From a bacterium (GTDB lineage: Bacteria > Hinthialibacterota > Hinthialibacteria > Hinthialibacterales > Hinthialibacteraceae), in assembly GCA_041946805.1 (NCBI GenBank), contig JBHGBC010000002.1, positions 32,001 through 96,000 on the forward strand: DNA of 64,000 bases, written 5' to 3'. The position numbers and the translations under genes are program-made. Below the pieces are notes generated by a model, which saw only the letters and a program-made list of their open reading frames with translations, searched no databases and was not told the origin of the DNA. Positions within the stretch are counted from its first letter, which is position 1; each line of letters begins with the position of its first letter. Shown piece after piece: positions 21,658 through 31,614 of the stretch.

Positions 21658-21852
21658 GGAAACACCTCAACCGAAGCGGCATGCCTGCTTACCATTGCAG
21701 CAATACATTGTTTTACACATCTATTATAGTTCAATTTGGATCGGTTCATGAGAAAAAAACACCCCCGGTTGAAATGGCGAGGCCACTATACCCAACCCAA
21801 AACCCAAAGTCAACGTGAAAAAACAGGATACAGGGGGTATTTCACAATCCAT

Positions 21853-21868
21853 CCACAAGATATAGTGG
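21853..21868. promoter_or_regulatory. NrdR-box-like palindrome upstream of smc
   Basis: ccacaagatatagtgg resembles the acaCwAtATaTwGtgt consensus. Weaker copies at 21821-21836 (32 bp earlier) and 21698-21713. Confidence 0.6.
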
Positions 21869-21927
21869 CATATTACAGGGGATTTAATTACTCAAAAATG
21901 GGCACTTACGGCCCCGCTCCACGGCAG

Positions 21928-21936
21928 TTATCCACA
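21928..21936 (+). promoter_or_regulatory. DnaA box
   Basis: Perfect TTATCCACA in the AT-rich region upstream of smc. Confidence 0.5.
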
Positions 21937-22007
21937 AGAGAAAAAAGTTACCGGCCTTATCCGCCAGTCCTGGGCGGGAGAGGGGATTTTGTCTGAACCC
22001 GGAAGGC

Positions 22008-22160
22008 CAGGATGAACAAGATGACCAGGATGGTGGGGGGGGCGCGAGACGCGTGCCACCTTGTATCAATAATCCTCTCCTAACCTCCCCCAATCTTCGG
22101 GGGAGGAATGATAAGGACCAAGGACGCCAAGGACAATGCAGATAAGATGCCTGCACTACA
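22008..22160. repeat. Cluster of short intergenic repeats
   Basis: 9-mer tandem caggatgaa-caagatgac-caggatg; hairpin cctaacctccccc..gggggagg at ~22074-22107; ccaaggacgccaaggac; agatgcctgcactac. Confidence 0.6.
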
Positions 22161-22180
22161 TAATACCCGCACCGCGGCCG

Positions 22181-23242
22181 TTACGCGAGGCGTGGATCGA
22201 TGGCGTCGCGGAGAGCGTCACCCACGAGATTGTATCCCAGCACGGCGAAGAAAATGGCGGCGCAGGGAGGGTACACCATGTGCGGGGCGGAGCGCAGGTA
22301 TTCGTACGCATCGCGCAGAAGGTTGCCCCACGAGGGATCGGGCTGCTGCACGCCGAAGCCGAGCCACGATAGCCCGGCCTCAGCCAGGATCGCCGAAGCA
22401 ATGCCGAAGGTGACGGTCACCAGCACCGGGGCGATGGAATTGGGCAGGATGTGGATGAACATGATCCGGAACGAGCCGCAGCCCAGGGCGCGGGTGGCCA
22501 GGACGAATTCCTGGTTCTGCAGGCGCAGGAACTCGCCGCGTGTGTAGCGGGCGATGGAGGTCCAGCTGGTCAGGCCGATCACGATCATCACATTGATGAT
22601 GCTCGGCTCCAACCAGGCCAGGATGGAGAGAATCAGGAAAAATGTCGGGAAACACTGGACGATCTCGATCACGCGCGAGATCAACATATCGGTCCAGCCT
22701 TGGTAATATCCCGCCAGCGCGCCCAGGAAGATGCCGATCACCGTGGCGATGCCCATGGACACCAATCCCACCTGGATGGAGACGATGGCGCCATAGATGA
22801 TGCGGGCGGCGATGTCCCGGCCGTTCGGGTCGGTTCCCAGCCAATGCTCGCGGCTGGGTGGTTGCAGGGTGTTGACCGAGGTCTCGCGCGGATCGAAGGG
22901 AATCGGCGGCCAGAGGGCGAAATCCTCGGCGGTCAGGGCGCGCTTGGCGTTGAAGGTGACCTGGCTGAACGGCGGTGACTTTTGCACCACCCACGACGCA
23001 CCGGGGATGTTCTGGATCACCTCCACGATCGCGGGGAAATGCCATTGCCCCTGGTAGCGGCAAACGATCGGCTGGCGGTTGGCCAGCAGCGGGCTGAAGA
23101 AGGCGACGGCGATCATCAAAAACACAAAACCCAGGCCGGTCATCCCGCGCGGATTGCGCCGGTATCGTTCCCAGGCGAGGCGGCCCAGCGAGCGGCCTTT
23201 TTCCGGGGCGGGCGGCATGGGAGGGGAGAGCGTCTCAGTCAT
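22181..23242 (-). CDS. Peptide/nickel ABC transporter permease (OppC/DppC-like)
   Basis: HWLGTDPNGRD, EFVLATRALG...HILPN and EAGLSWLGFG motifs. Confidence 0.92.
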   Translation of the reverse strand: MTETLSPPMPPAPEKGRSLGRLAWERYRRNPRGMTGLGFVFLMIAVAFFSPLLANRQPIVCRYQGQWHFPAIVEVIQNIPGASWVVQKSPPFSQVTFNAKRALTAEDFALWPPIPFDPRETSVNTLQPPSREHWLGTDPNGRDIAARIIYGAIVSIQVGLVSMGIATVIGIFLGALAGYYQGWTDMLISRVIEIVQCFPTFFLILSILAWLEPSIINVMIVIGLTSWTSIARYTRGEFLRLQNQEFVLATRALGCGSFRIMFIHILPNSIAPVLVTVTFGIASAILAEAGLSWLGFGVQQPDPSWGNLLRDAYEYLRSAPHMVYPPCAAIFFAVLGYNLVGDALRDAIDPRLA

Positions 23243-24215
23243 AGCGCACCCGGGGATCGGCCACCGCGTACAGCAGGTCCGCCAGCAAGGTTCCCAGCAG
23301 CACCAGGAAGGCGGTGATGAATGAAAGAGCCATCAGCGTGGGATAGTCGCGCTGCAAAATGCTTTCAAAAAACAGCCGCCCGATGCCTGGCCAGTTGAAC
23401 ATGACTTCGAGGATGACGGAGCCACCCAGGATTTGTGGAAAGGTGATGCCGAAGAGTGTCACGAGGGGAATCAGCGTGTTGCGGAAAGCGTGCTTGAGGA
23501 CTACGGTGGTTTCGCCCACGCCCTTGGCCCGCGCGGTAAGGATGTATTCCTGCCGGAACACTTCGAGCAGGTTCTGCCGGACGAAACGGGACTGGAACGC
23601 CAGCGCCCCGTAGGTGAAGCAGAAGGTGATGAGCACGTAATGCTTCGCCAGGTCCGCCGCCTTGCCTATCGTGGTGAGCTGCTCGTAGTTGTCGGATTTC
23701 ATTCCCTGGAACGGCAGAAGGTCAAGCCCGATGCTGATCCACAGGATCAAGGGAATGGCCATGACGTAGCTGGGGATGGCGTAGAGCGCGTATAGGATGG
23801 TGCTGGAGACGGTGTCGAACCAGCCGTTACGCCGCGCTCCCGAAAGCAGGCCGATGGGGATGGCCAGGGCGAAGCCGACACTCAGCGAGAGTACCGCCAG
23901 CGACAGGGTGGCGGGCAGGCGCTCCAGGATCTTCACCGTGACCTTGCGCGAGTCGGGCGTCATCGAGTTGCCGAAATCCAGCGTGACGATGCGCTTGAGC
24001 CAATCGCCGTAGCGGACTATCAACGGCTTGTCGAGGCCGTAATACTCGCGCAGCTGCTCATACACGCGGATGGAGACGCGGGGATCCATCACCTGGCCGG
24101 CCTGCACGGACGCGGGATCGCCCGGGGCGAGGTTGATGACCAGAAAGGTCACCAGGGTGATCCCGAAGAGCGTGGGCAGCGCGAGCAAGATCCGGCGGAT
24201 GGTGTAGGACAGCAT
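23235..24215 (-). CDS. Peptide/nickel ABC transporter permease (OppB/DppB-like)
   Basis: LAPGDP, LDFGNS, EYILTARAKG...HAFRN and FNWPGIG...RDYP motifs. Confidence 0.92.
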   Translation of the reverse strand: MLSYTIRRILLALPTLFGITLVTFLVINLAPGDPASVQAGQVMDPRVSIRVYEQLREYYGLDKPLIVRYGDWLKRIVTLDFGNSMTPDSRKVTVKILERLPATLSLAVLSLSVGFALAIPIGLLSGARRNGWFDTVSSTILYALYAIPSYVMAIPLILWISIGLDLLPFQGMKSDNYEQLTTIGKAADLAKHYVLITFCFTYGALAFQSRFVRQNLLEVFRQEYILTARAKGVGETTVVLKHAFRNTLIPLVTLFGITFPQILGGSVILEVMFNWPGIGRLFFESILQRDYPTLMALSFITAFLVLLGTLLADLLYAVADPRVRYD

Positions 24216-24301
24216 GAGTGTCGATCGCGTTCAAGATTGATAGATCATGCCATGGTATATCCAATTCCATAGATGTCAGGTGCAACGCCTTTTCAGGGCT
24301 T

Positions 24302-24334
24302 CCCTCACCCCGGCCCTCTCCCTGAGGGAGAGGG
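24302..24334 (+). repeat. REP-like palindrome, family A
   Basis: ccctcaccccggccctctccctgagggagaggg. Confidence 0.88.
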
Positions 24335-24446
24335 AGTCGAAGAAGGCCAGTGATCGTTGTCAGGCTCCACTGCACTTGGAATCCACCCTATGGTGTTTTC
24401 ACATGCAGGTAAAGATCCGCCTCGCGGGAGAGGGGCTCTAGGCGCA

Positions 24447-26303
24447 TCACTTCACCATGGCCGCGGCGGAGGAGAGGCCCGCCGGGGTCCACCAGCCCCG
24501 TACGGCCGGATCGAAGTTGAAAATCCCGCGCGGGCCGGACTGAATCCCGTGGATGCGCTTGTTGACCGCGTACAGGCTCGAACGGTTGCTGATGAACGTG
24601 TAGGGTTGATCGTCGTAAATGATCTTGTGAATCTCCTGGTAGATCTTCTTACGCTTTTCGGGATCGAATTCCTTGCGCCCCTGGAGGAAGAGTTCGTCCA
24701 CGCGGGGATTGGAATACCCGCCGTAGTTGCGTCCGGTGCCGTATTCCTCGGTGCGCCACAAGTTCCAGCCGGTGTCGGGATCGGTGCCGGTGCCCCAACC
24801 GGCCATGTACGCCTGAAACTCGTGCTTGCGGGTCATTTGCTGGAAGGTGGCCCATTCCACGGTGCGGGTTTTCAGATCCACGCCGATGCCGCGCAGGTCT
24901 TCCTGGAAGAAGTTGGAAACCTTGGGCGCGTAAGAAGAGCCTTGGGGCAGCAGCAGGGTGAATTCGAACTTCACTTTTTGGTTCTCGATCGTTTTGTAGC
25001 GCCAGCCGTCCTGCTCGTTCACGATCCAGCCCGCTTCCTCCAGCAATTGGGAGGCCTTGGCGAGATCGTATTTCAGGAGTTGGATTTCCGGATTGTACAT
25101 CCACGAATCCTGGTGATAGATGCCGTGGCACTGCTCACTCAGGTTGTAGAAGACCTTCTCCAGGATGAGGGGGAGGTTGAGGGCGTGGGTCATGGCGCGC
25201 CGGACCTGGAGATCGTTGAAGAAGGGATTGCTGCCGTCCATGTTCCAGCCGATGTAGTAGTACGACCATTCCGGCTTCATCAGCTTATAGCCCACGGCCG
25301 CGAAGCGTTCCGTGTTGGTCTGTTGGGAAAATTGTTCGCCAGTGAGCAAGGCGCAATCCAGGTCGCCCTTTTCGAACGAGAGGAGCTGGGCGTTCTGGTC
25401 GGGGATCAGGCGGCAGACGACGCGTTTGTAGTACGGCATTGGCCCGTGATATTCCTCCCACCGCTCCAGGATGATGCGGTCGTTGGCGATCCAGTCCACG
25501 ATCTGGTAGGGGCCGCAGCCGACGGGCAGGCGGTTGAGTTGCGAGTAATAATCGCCGGTGCGGAGATCGGGGTTGTTGGTCTGGTCTTTTTCATACAGAT
25601 GCTTGGGGATGATGGGGAAGAAGATGTTCCACTTCGACGTGGGGAGCGCTTCCTTGTTCACGTATTGGACGGTGAGGTCGTCGAGGGCCACGCAGTCGAT
25701 GATTTCCGTGGTGCCGGTCTTGACGGCGGGACAGGGAACGCGGTCATCGAGGATGGTTTTCCACGAATAGACGATGTCCTGGGCGGTGACCGGCGCGCCG
25801 TCCTGCCAATGCAGGCCGGATTTGAGTTTGACGGTGAAGGAGAGGTGGTCTTCGGATTCCTGGAACGATTCCACCCAATCGGGATTGATCTTCCAGTCCA
25901 TCTTGCTGTCGAACGTGAAAGGCGAATCGAACAGCAAATCGGCGACGATGAACTCATACATGGAGGACATGAAGATCGGATTGAGGTTCTGGGGGCTGCC
26001 GTCCAGGTTGAGGAAAAGAGTGTCGCCGGCGTTGACCTTGGCCGGGTCGCCGGGCGCGGGCTCGAAGAGGGAAGGGACGTTGACCAGCGGATCCTTCCCG
26101 GGATCATACACCGCCGCCACGGGCTCGGACTCCGGCGGGGTGGGCTGCCCGCATCCCGCCAGCCCCAGGAACAATCCCAGGGCCAAGAACATCCCCCAGG
26201 GCATCAAAGGAATCCAAGCGAGCTGAGGATTGCGTGCTGGATTGAGCCAACCGCCGGCTCCACTCCGGTTTTGATGCGATGAAACATTGAGCCGTTGAGT
26301 CAT
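24447..26303 (-). CDS. Family-5 ABC substrate-binding lipoprotein (OppA-like)
   Basis: Lipobox LAGC, WQDGAPVTAQDIVYS, PVGCGPY, VRRAMTHA and NYGGYSNPRVDEL motifs. Start is uncertain. Confidence 0.9.
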   Translation of the reverse strand: MTQRLNVSSHQNRSGAGGWLNPARNPQLAWIPLMPWGMFLALGLFLGLAGCGQPTPPESEPVAAVYDPGKDPLVNVPSLFEPAPGDPAKVNAGDTLFLNLDGSPQNLNPIFMSSMYEFIVADLLFDSPFTFDSKMDWKINPDWVESFQESEDHLSFTVKLKSGLHWQDGAPVTAQDIVYSWKTILDDRVPCPAVKTGTTEIIDCVALDDLTVQYVNKEALPTSKWNIFFPIIPKHLYEKDQTNNPDLRTGDYYSQLNRLPVGCGPYQIVDWIANDRIILERWEEYHGPMPYYKRVVCRLIPDQNAQLLSFEKGDLDCALLTGEQFSQQTNTERFAAVGYKLMKPEWSYYYIGWNMDGSNPFFNDLQVRRAMTHALNLPLILEKVFYNLSEQCHGIYHQDSWMYNPEIQLLKYDLAKASQLLEEAGWIVNEQDGWRYKTIENQKVKFEFTLLLPQGSSYAPKVSNFFQEDLRGIGVDLKTRTVEWATFQQMTRKHEFQAYMAGWGTGTDPDTGWNLWRTEEYGTGRNYGGYSNPRVDELFLQGRKEFDPEKRKKIYQEIHKIIYDDQPYTFISNRSSLYAVNKRIHGIQSGPRGIFNFDPAVRGWWTPAGLSSAAAMVK

Positions 26304-26587
26304 GGCGTTTCCTTCCCTCATTCACGGTTTTCCGAGATTCGGTCGGATTTGATTCAGGAAATCGTTTCAGCCACCATTGTAGGGGATTCTGGGCAGCCTG
26401 CCAGATCAATGATACAGTCCGGTCCGCCCAAACCCGCGGGGCGCCCGCTGAACCGGTTGGATTCAAGGAACGGAATTCGGAGATATAATGGGTTGCGTGT
26501 TTCCATCCGGATAATCTCATCTCGCGAAATGAGCAACCTGTCAAGCGTGTTTCGATAGTGGCTGTATGGCCGGTGGTCTCTTTATCT

Positions 26588-26620
26588 CCCTCACCCCGGC
26601 CCTCTCCCAGAGGGAGAGGG
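26588..26620 (+). repeat. REP-like palindrome, family A
   Basis: ccctcaccccggccctctcccagagggagaggg. Confidence 0.88.
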
Positions 26621-26757
26621 AGTAGAAAAGAGAGAAGGCTGGGGTGAGGAAATCCTTGCCAGATGATTTCCCGGATAGCGCGGAATCCATCACGAACCAT
26701 GTTTGACCCGGACCATGAAACCGGGGAGAATTCAATCATGAAGGAACCCATGAATCC

Positions 26758-28221
26758 ATGAATGCAACCAACGTTCCCGCCAAGAAGACCGTGACCCTGA
26801 TTCCCGGCGACGGTATCGGTCCGGAAGTGATCCAGGCCACGCGCCGGATCGTGGACGCCGCCGGCGCGGGGATCGAGTGGGAGGAATGCGAGGCGGGCGC
26901 GCGGGTGTTCGCCAAGGGAATCGAGACGGGCGTCGCGCCGGAAACCATCGACTCCATTTACCGCACGCGCGTGGCGCTGAAAGGGCCGCTGGAGACCCAG
27001 GTCGGTTCCGGCGGGAAAAGCGCCAACGTGACTCTGCGCAAGATGTTCGAGACGTATGGCAACATCCGCCCGGTGCGCGGCATGCCCAACGTGCCGGCCC
27101 CGTTCGGCGGGGAGGACGTGGATATCGTCGTGGTACGGGAGAACGTCGAGGACCTCTACGCGGCCATCGAGCACATGCAGACGCCCGGTGTGGCCCAGGG
27201 GCTGAAACTGATCACCCGCAAGGGCAGCGAGAAGATCATCCGCCTGGCGTTCGAGTTCGCGCGGGCCGAGGGGCGCCGGCTCGTTCATTGCGCCACCAAG
27301 GCCAACATCATGAAATTGACGGAGGGGCTGTTCAAACGCGTCTTCGAGGACGTGGCGCGCGAATACCCGGACATCGAGGCGCGGCATATCATCGTGGACA
27401 ACTGCGCCCACAAGCTGATCATGCGGCCGCGCGATTTCGACATCATCGTCACCACGAACATGAACGGCGACATCCTCAGCGATCTCTCGTCCGCCCTGGT
27501 GGGCGGGCTGGGATTCGCTCCTTCGGCGAACATCGGCAACGAGGTGGCGCTGTTCGAGGCCGTGCACGGCACCGCGCCGGACATCGCCGGGCAGGACACC
27601 GCCAATCCCACGGCGCTGATCCTCTCGGCGGTGATGATGCTGCGGCATCTTGGCGAGTTCGAGCCGGCGACGCGCATCGAGAACGCCCTGTTTTTCACGT
27701 TGGAGGAAGGCCAGGCGCTGACCCGCGACGTGGCCGGCGCGCGCGGCGTGGGAACGCGGGTGTTCACGGACGCGGTCATCGCCAATCTGGACCGCCAGGC
27801 GAAATCTTGCGTCCGGCGCGAATATCATCCAATCCAGCTGCCTCAGGTCACTCGTGAGCCGGTGCTGGTCAAGGCGTCCCGGCGGGCGGAAACCGGGGTG
27901 GATGTGTTCATCGAATCCGGCCGGGACACGGAAGCCTTGGGGAAAAGCCTCGAACGGTTGTGCGAAGGGACTCCCCTGCGGTTGAAGATGATTTCCAACC
28001 GGGGGACCAAGGTGTATCCTCCCTCGCGCGCGTTGCCGGATTGCGTCGATCAATGGCGCTGCCGCTTCGTCCCGCGCGATGGCTTGGAAATGGACGACGC
28101 CGAGCCGGCCATCCTGGAGCTGCTGCGCCGCCTCCAGGGCCATCACCGCTGGATGCACATCGAAAAGCTGCAGGTGTTCGACGGCGTGCCCGGTTTCACC
28201 AAGGCCCAGGGGGAAGAGTGA
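26758..28221 (+). CDS. icd: Isocitrate dehydrogenase (~480-aa type with C-terminal extension)
   Basis: IPGDGIGPE, KSANVTLRK, RENVEDLY, KANIMK, NMNGDILSD and FEAVHGTAPDIAG motifs; C-terminal MISNRGTKVYP...FTKAQGE. Confidence 0.92.
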   Translation: MNATNVPAKKTVTLIPGDGIGPEVIQATRRIVDAAGAGIEWEECEAGARVFAKGIETGVAPETIDSIYRTRVALKGPLETQVGSGGKSANVTLRKMFETYGNIRPVRGMPNVPAPFGGEDVDIVVVRENVEDLYAAIEHMQTPGVAQGLKLITRKGSEKIIRLAFEFARAEGRRLVHCATKANIMKLTEGLFKRVFEDVAREYPDIEARHIIVDNCAHKLIMRPRDFDIIVTTNMNGDILSDLSSALVGGLGFAPSANIGNEVALFEAVHGTAPDIAGQDTANPTALILSAVMMLRHLGEFEPATRIENALFFTLEEGQALTRDVAGARGVGTRVFTDAVIANLDRQAKSCVRREYHPIQLPQVTREPVLVKASRRAETGVDVFIESGRDTEALGKSLERLCEGTPLRLKMISNRGTKVYPPSRALPDCVDQWRCRFVPRDGLEMDDAEPAILELLRRLQGHHRWMHIEKLQVFDGVPGFTKAQGEE

Positions 28222-28362
28222 GAGCCAAAATTACTTGGCTTGATGGTATCGCGGAAGAATGACGGGTGCGAAGTGGACAGGGGCATGCGGCCGAGTGCAC
28301 CTCTTCAATGAACCCAGGCGATTCGTATCAAATCAGAATGTTAATCCGTGAAGGAAGGTTTC

Positions 28363-28395
28363 CCCTCACCCCGGCCCTCTCCCAAAGGGAGAGGG
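28363..28395 (+). repeat. REP-like palindrome, family A
   Basis: ccctcaccccggccctctcccaaagggagaggg. Confidence 0.88.
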
Positions 28396-28626
28396 AGAAG
28401 AATACGGAAGGGTATCGGGGCGGGCAGGCTACTGGTGAGTTTTTGGAATACAGGATTCACCGGAATTCAATAAGGTGATTCAAGCGCCAACGGAGCGCGA
28501 GCGGTTAGCCCAGGTTTTGTTGTATTTGCGTCATGAACGGATACCTGAACGGCGGGATGGCCGTACTAACGCCAACGGCGCTTTTCTCCTAGCCCTGGAA
28601 TACATCCGGGGCCCAGGTAACCAATC

Positions 28627-28659
28627 CCCTCTCCCCCTGGGAGAGGGTCAGGGTGAGGG
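28627..28659 (-). repeat. REP-like palindrome, family A (reverse)
   Basis: ccctctccccctgggagagggtcagggtgaggg. Confidence 0.85.
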
Positions 28660-28728
28660 AAAGCCCGGAAAGGGCAGAATTCATCCTTGCCCTGCAAATG
28701 AGTAATCAGTTACATATAGGAAACGAGT

Positions 28729-31599
28729 ATGGTCTCCCTATCGTTTTTAAGCCTGAATCCCCGTGAATGCGGCTTGTCCGATCCCCTGAGCGAGGATATC
28801 GAATTGCTCGACCGGCTGTTGGGCCGGGTTCTGGAAGAGCAGGGCGGCCGGGAGTTGATCGAGACCGCCCGCCGGCTGTACCACGACGGCCGGACCGGCA
28901 CGTGCACGGACCTGTGGGAGGCGTATCCCGAGCTGCGCGATCCCCAGCGGCTGGGGCCGGTTTTGCGCGCCTACACGGTGCTCTTCCAATTGTTGAACCT
29001 GGCCGAGCAGAAGGAAATCGTGCGCGTCAACCGCCAGCGGCAGGCCGAGGCGCACCGCGCGCCACGGCGGGAATCGATCCTCGACACCATCCTGCAAATG
29101 AAGGAACAGGGCGTCGGCGCCGCCGCCATGCAGGAGTTGTTGCTTCGCCTGGATATCTGCCCCACCCTGACCGCCCATCCCACCGAGGCGCGGCGGCGGG
29201 CGGTGCTGGACAAACTGGACATGATCGCCGGGCTGCTGGCCGAACACGGGTATCCCGATACGCTGGTGCGCCTGGATCAGCCCCTGAACCGCAAACCGCG
29301 CATTGAGGGGGAATTGATTCGCGCCCTCAACGCTCTTTGGCTGACCGAGGAGCTCAGCTGGCGGCCGGTGACCGTTGACGATGAGGTCCACAACGCCGTC
29401 TATTTTTTGGAACACACCATCTTCGACGTGGTGACCTGGCTGCACCGCGATGTGCGCGATTCGCTGGCGCTGGCGTATCCCGGGGTGGAGTTCACGCTGC
29501 CCCCCTTTCTCCGCTACCGCTCCTGGGTCGGCGGAGACCGGGACGGGAATCCCAAGGTGACGCCCGAAGTCACCTGGAACGCGCTCGTGTATCAGCGGAA
29601 AAAAATCCTGACCATCTACATCCGCCGCGTCACCCGCCTGCTGCGCGAACTCACCCAGAGCGCCCGCCTGCTGCCGGCGGACCGCGCCCTGCGGGATTCG
29701 CTCGACCGGGACCGCCAGACCGTCCCGGTTGCGGACCACCTCTTGAAGCGGTACCAGGATGAACCGTACGCCGCCAAGATGCTCTTCATCCGGGCGCGGC
29801 TCATGGCCACCCTGCGCGATTTGAAATCCTTGAAAAATCCCGGCGATCTGGGGGAAGCCGCCAAGCCTCCCGCGGCCGCGTATCCCGGCGCGAACGAGTT
29901 CTTGCGGGATCTGGAGCTGGTTCTTGGCAATTTGCGGCAAAGCCGCGCCCATGTCCTCGCCGGGGGTGGTCCGCTGGCCGACCTGATCGTGCAGGTCCAG
30001 ACCTTCGGCTTCCACCTGGCCGCTCTCGATATCCGCCAGCACAGCGACGAGCAGGAACGCCTGCTGGATGATATCTTCGCCGCCGCCCATTTGATCCCGG
30101 ACGGCAGCTTGTATTCCGGACTGACCGAATTCGAGAAAATCCGGCTTCTCACCCAGGAAATGTTCAATCCCCGGCCGCTTTTGTCGCCGGAATGGCCCCG
30201 GCCGGAACGGGTCCGGCTGGGCCTGGGAATTTTCGAAGTCATGCGGGAGGCCGGACGGCTCTTCTCGCCGGATGTGGTTCCCTCCTACATCATCAGCATG
30301 ACCCATACGATCAGCGATGTGCTGGAAGTCCTGGTGCTGGCCAAGGAAGCCGGGCTGGCCCGGTTCCGTCAGCAAGGGCCCGTGGTCATGTTGGAAAGCG
30401 ATCTCGATATCGTGCCCCTGTTCGAGACCATCGACGACTTGGCGCAATCCGGCCGCCTGATGAGCGAACTCTTCGCCAACGAGGCGTACGCCATGCAATT
30501 GAACGCCCGGAACCGGTTTCAGGAGATCATGCTAGGTTATTCCGACAGCAGCAAGGACGGAGGCTATATGGCGGCCAACTGGAACCTTCAGGACACCCAG
30601 GATCAGTTGGCGCGTGTCTGCCGGGAACACGGCGTCGACTGGCGGTTGTTCCACGGCCGGGGCGGCACGGTGGGGCGGGGCGGGGGCCGCGCGTATCTCG
30701 CCATCCGCGCCCAGGCGCCGGCAAGCCTCAACGGCCGCATCCGCTTCACCGAGCAGGGCGAAGTGATTTCGTTCCGCTACAGTTTCGCGCCCATCGCCCA
30801 CCGCCATCTCGAACAGATCGTGGGCGCGGTGCTGTTCTCGTCCCTGAGCCGCCGCGAAACGGACGAAACGATCACCCAGTGGCGCGAGTCCATGGCCCGC
30901 ATGGCCGAGTATTCCCGCCAAGCCTACCGCGCCCTGGTGTATGACGATCCGGATTTCTGGCCGTTTTACATCCAATCCACCCCGATTTCTTCCATCAGCC
31001 ACCTGCCCATCGCCTCGCGTCCCGTGTCGCGCAAGGGCGGCTCCATGGTGGGGATGGAGGACTTGCGGGCTATTCCCTGGGTCTTCTCGTGGGTCCAGAA
31101 CCGGTATCTCCTGCCCGGCTGGTATGGCCTGGGCAGCGCGCTCGAGTGGTTCGCGGATTTGGCCCCGGATCACCTCGAGCGGATGCGCGGGATGTACCGG
31201 CAATGGCCTTATTTCGCGCTGATCCTCAACAATGCACAACTCGAACTGATCCGGGCCCATCTGCCCACCGCCGCCAGGTACGCCGCGCGCGCGCGCCCCC
31301 GGGAATTGGGCGAACGGATTCACGCGCAAATCCAGGCCGAGTACGAGCGGACCTGTGAATGGATTTTGAAAATCACGGGGCAGGAGGTTCTTCTCTCCCA
31401 CGCCGAGGCCGTCCGCCGCACCGTGCGCCTGCGGAATCCGGCGGTCCTGCCGTTGAACCGCCTGCAGGTCGCACTGCTGGACCGGCTCGATTCCCCAGCG
31501 GACGAGGGAGGGGCAAGCGGGGGGTCCGATCCCGGATTCCGCGAAGCGCTGCTGCTCAGCATCGCCGGCATCGCGGCCGCCATGCAAAGCACCGGATGA
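28729..31599 (+). CDS. ppc: Phosphoenolpyruvate carboxylase
   Basis: LTAHPTE, SWVGGDRDGNP, MLGYSDSSKDGG, FHGRGGTVGRGGG, LRAIPWVFSW and terminal MQSTG motifs. Confidence 0.97.
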   Translation: MVSLSFLSLNPRECGLSDPLSEDIELLDRLLGRVLEEQGGRELIETARRLYHDGRTGTCTDLWEAYPELRDPQRLGPVLRAYTVLFQLLNLAEQKEIVRVNRQRQAEAHRAPRRESILDTILQMKEQGVGAAAMQELLLRLDICPTLTAHPTEARRRAVLDKLDMIAGLLAEHGYPDTLVRLDQPLNRKPRIEGELIRALNALWLTEELSWRPVTVDDEVHNAVYFLEHTIFDVVTWLHRDVRDSLALAYPGVEFTLPPFLRYRSWVGGDRDGNPKVTPEVTWNALVYQRKKILTIYIRRVTRLLRELTQSARLLPADRALRDSLDRDRQTVPVADHLLKRYQDEPYAAKMLFIRARLMATLRDLKSLKNPGDLGEAAKPPAAAYPGANEFLRDLELVLGNLRQSRAHVLAGGGPLADLIVQVQTFGFHLAALDIRQHSDEQERLLDDIFAAAHLIPDGSLYSGLTEFEKIRLLTQEMFNPRPLLSPEWPRPERVRLGLGIFEVMREAGRLFSPDVVPSYIISMTHTISDVLEVLVLAKEAGLARFRQQGPVVMLESDLDIVPLFETIDDLAQSGRLMSELFANEAYAMQLNARNRFQEIMLGYSDSSKDGGYMAANWNLQDTQDQLARVCREHGVDWRLFHGRGGTVGRGGGRAYLAIRAQAPASLNGRIRFTEQGEVISFRYSFAPIAHRHLEQIVGAVLFSSLSRRETDETITQWRESMARMAEYSRQAYRALVYDDPDFWPFYIQSTPISSISHLPIASRPVSRKGGSMVGMEDLRAIPWVFSWVQNRYLLPGWYGLGSALEWFADLAPDHLERMRGMYRQWPYFALILNNAQLELIRAHLPTAARYAARARPRELGERIHAQIQAEYERTCEWILKITGQEVLLSHAEAVRRTVRLRNPAVLPLNRLQVALLDRLDSPADEGGASGGSDPGFREALLLSIAGIAAAMQSTG

Positions 31600-31614
31600 G
31601 CCGCCGGGGCGCGC

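Noticed and set aside
21660..21960. Possible oriC upstream of smc
   Set aside because: Only one perfect DnaA box, no box cluster and no dnaA/dnaN nearby; better explained as a regulatory region.
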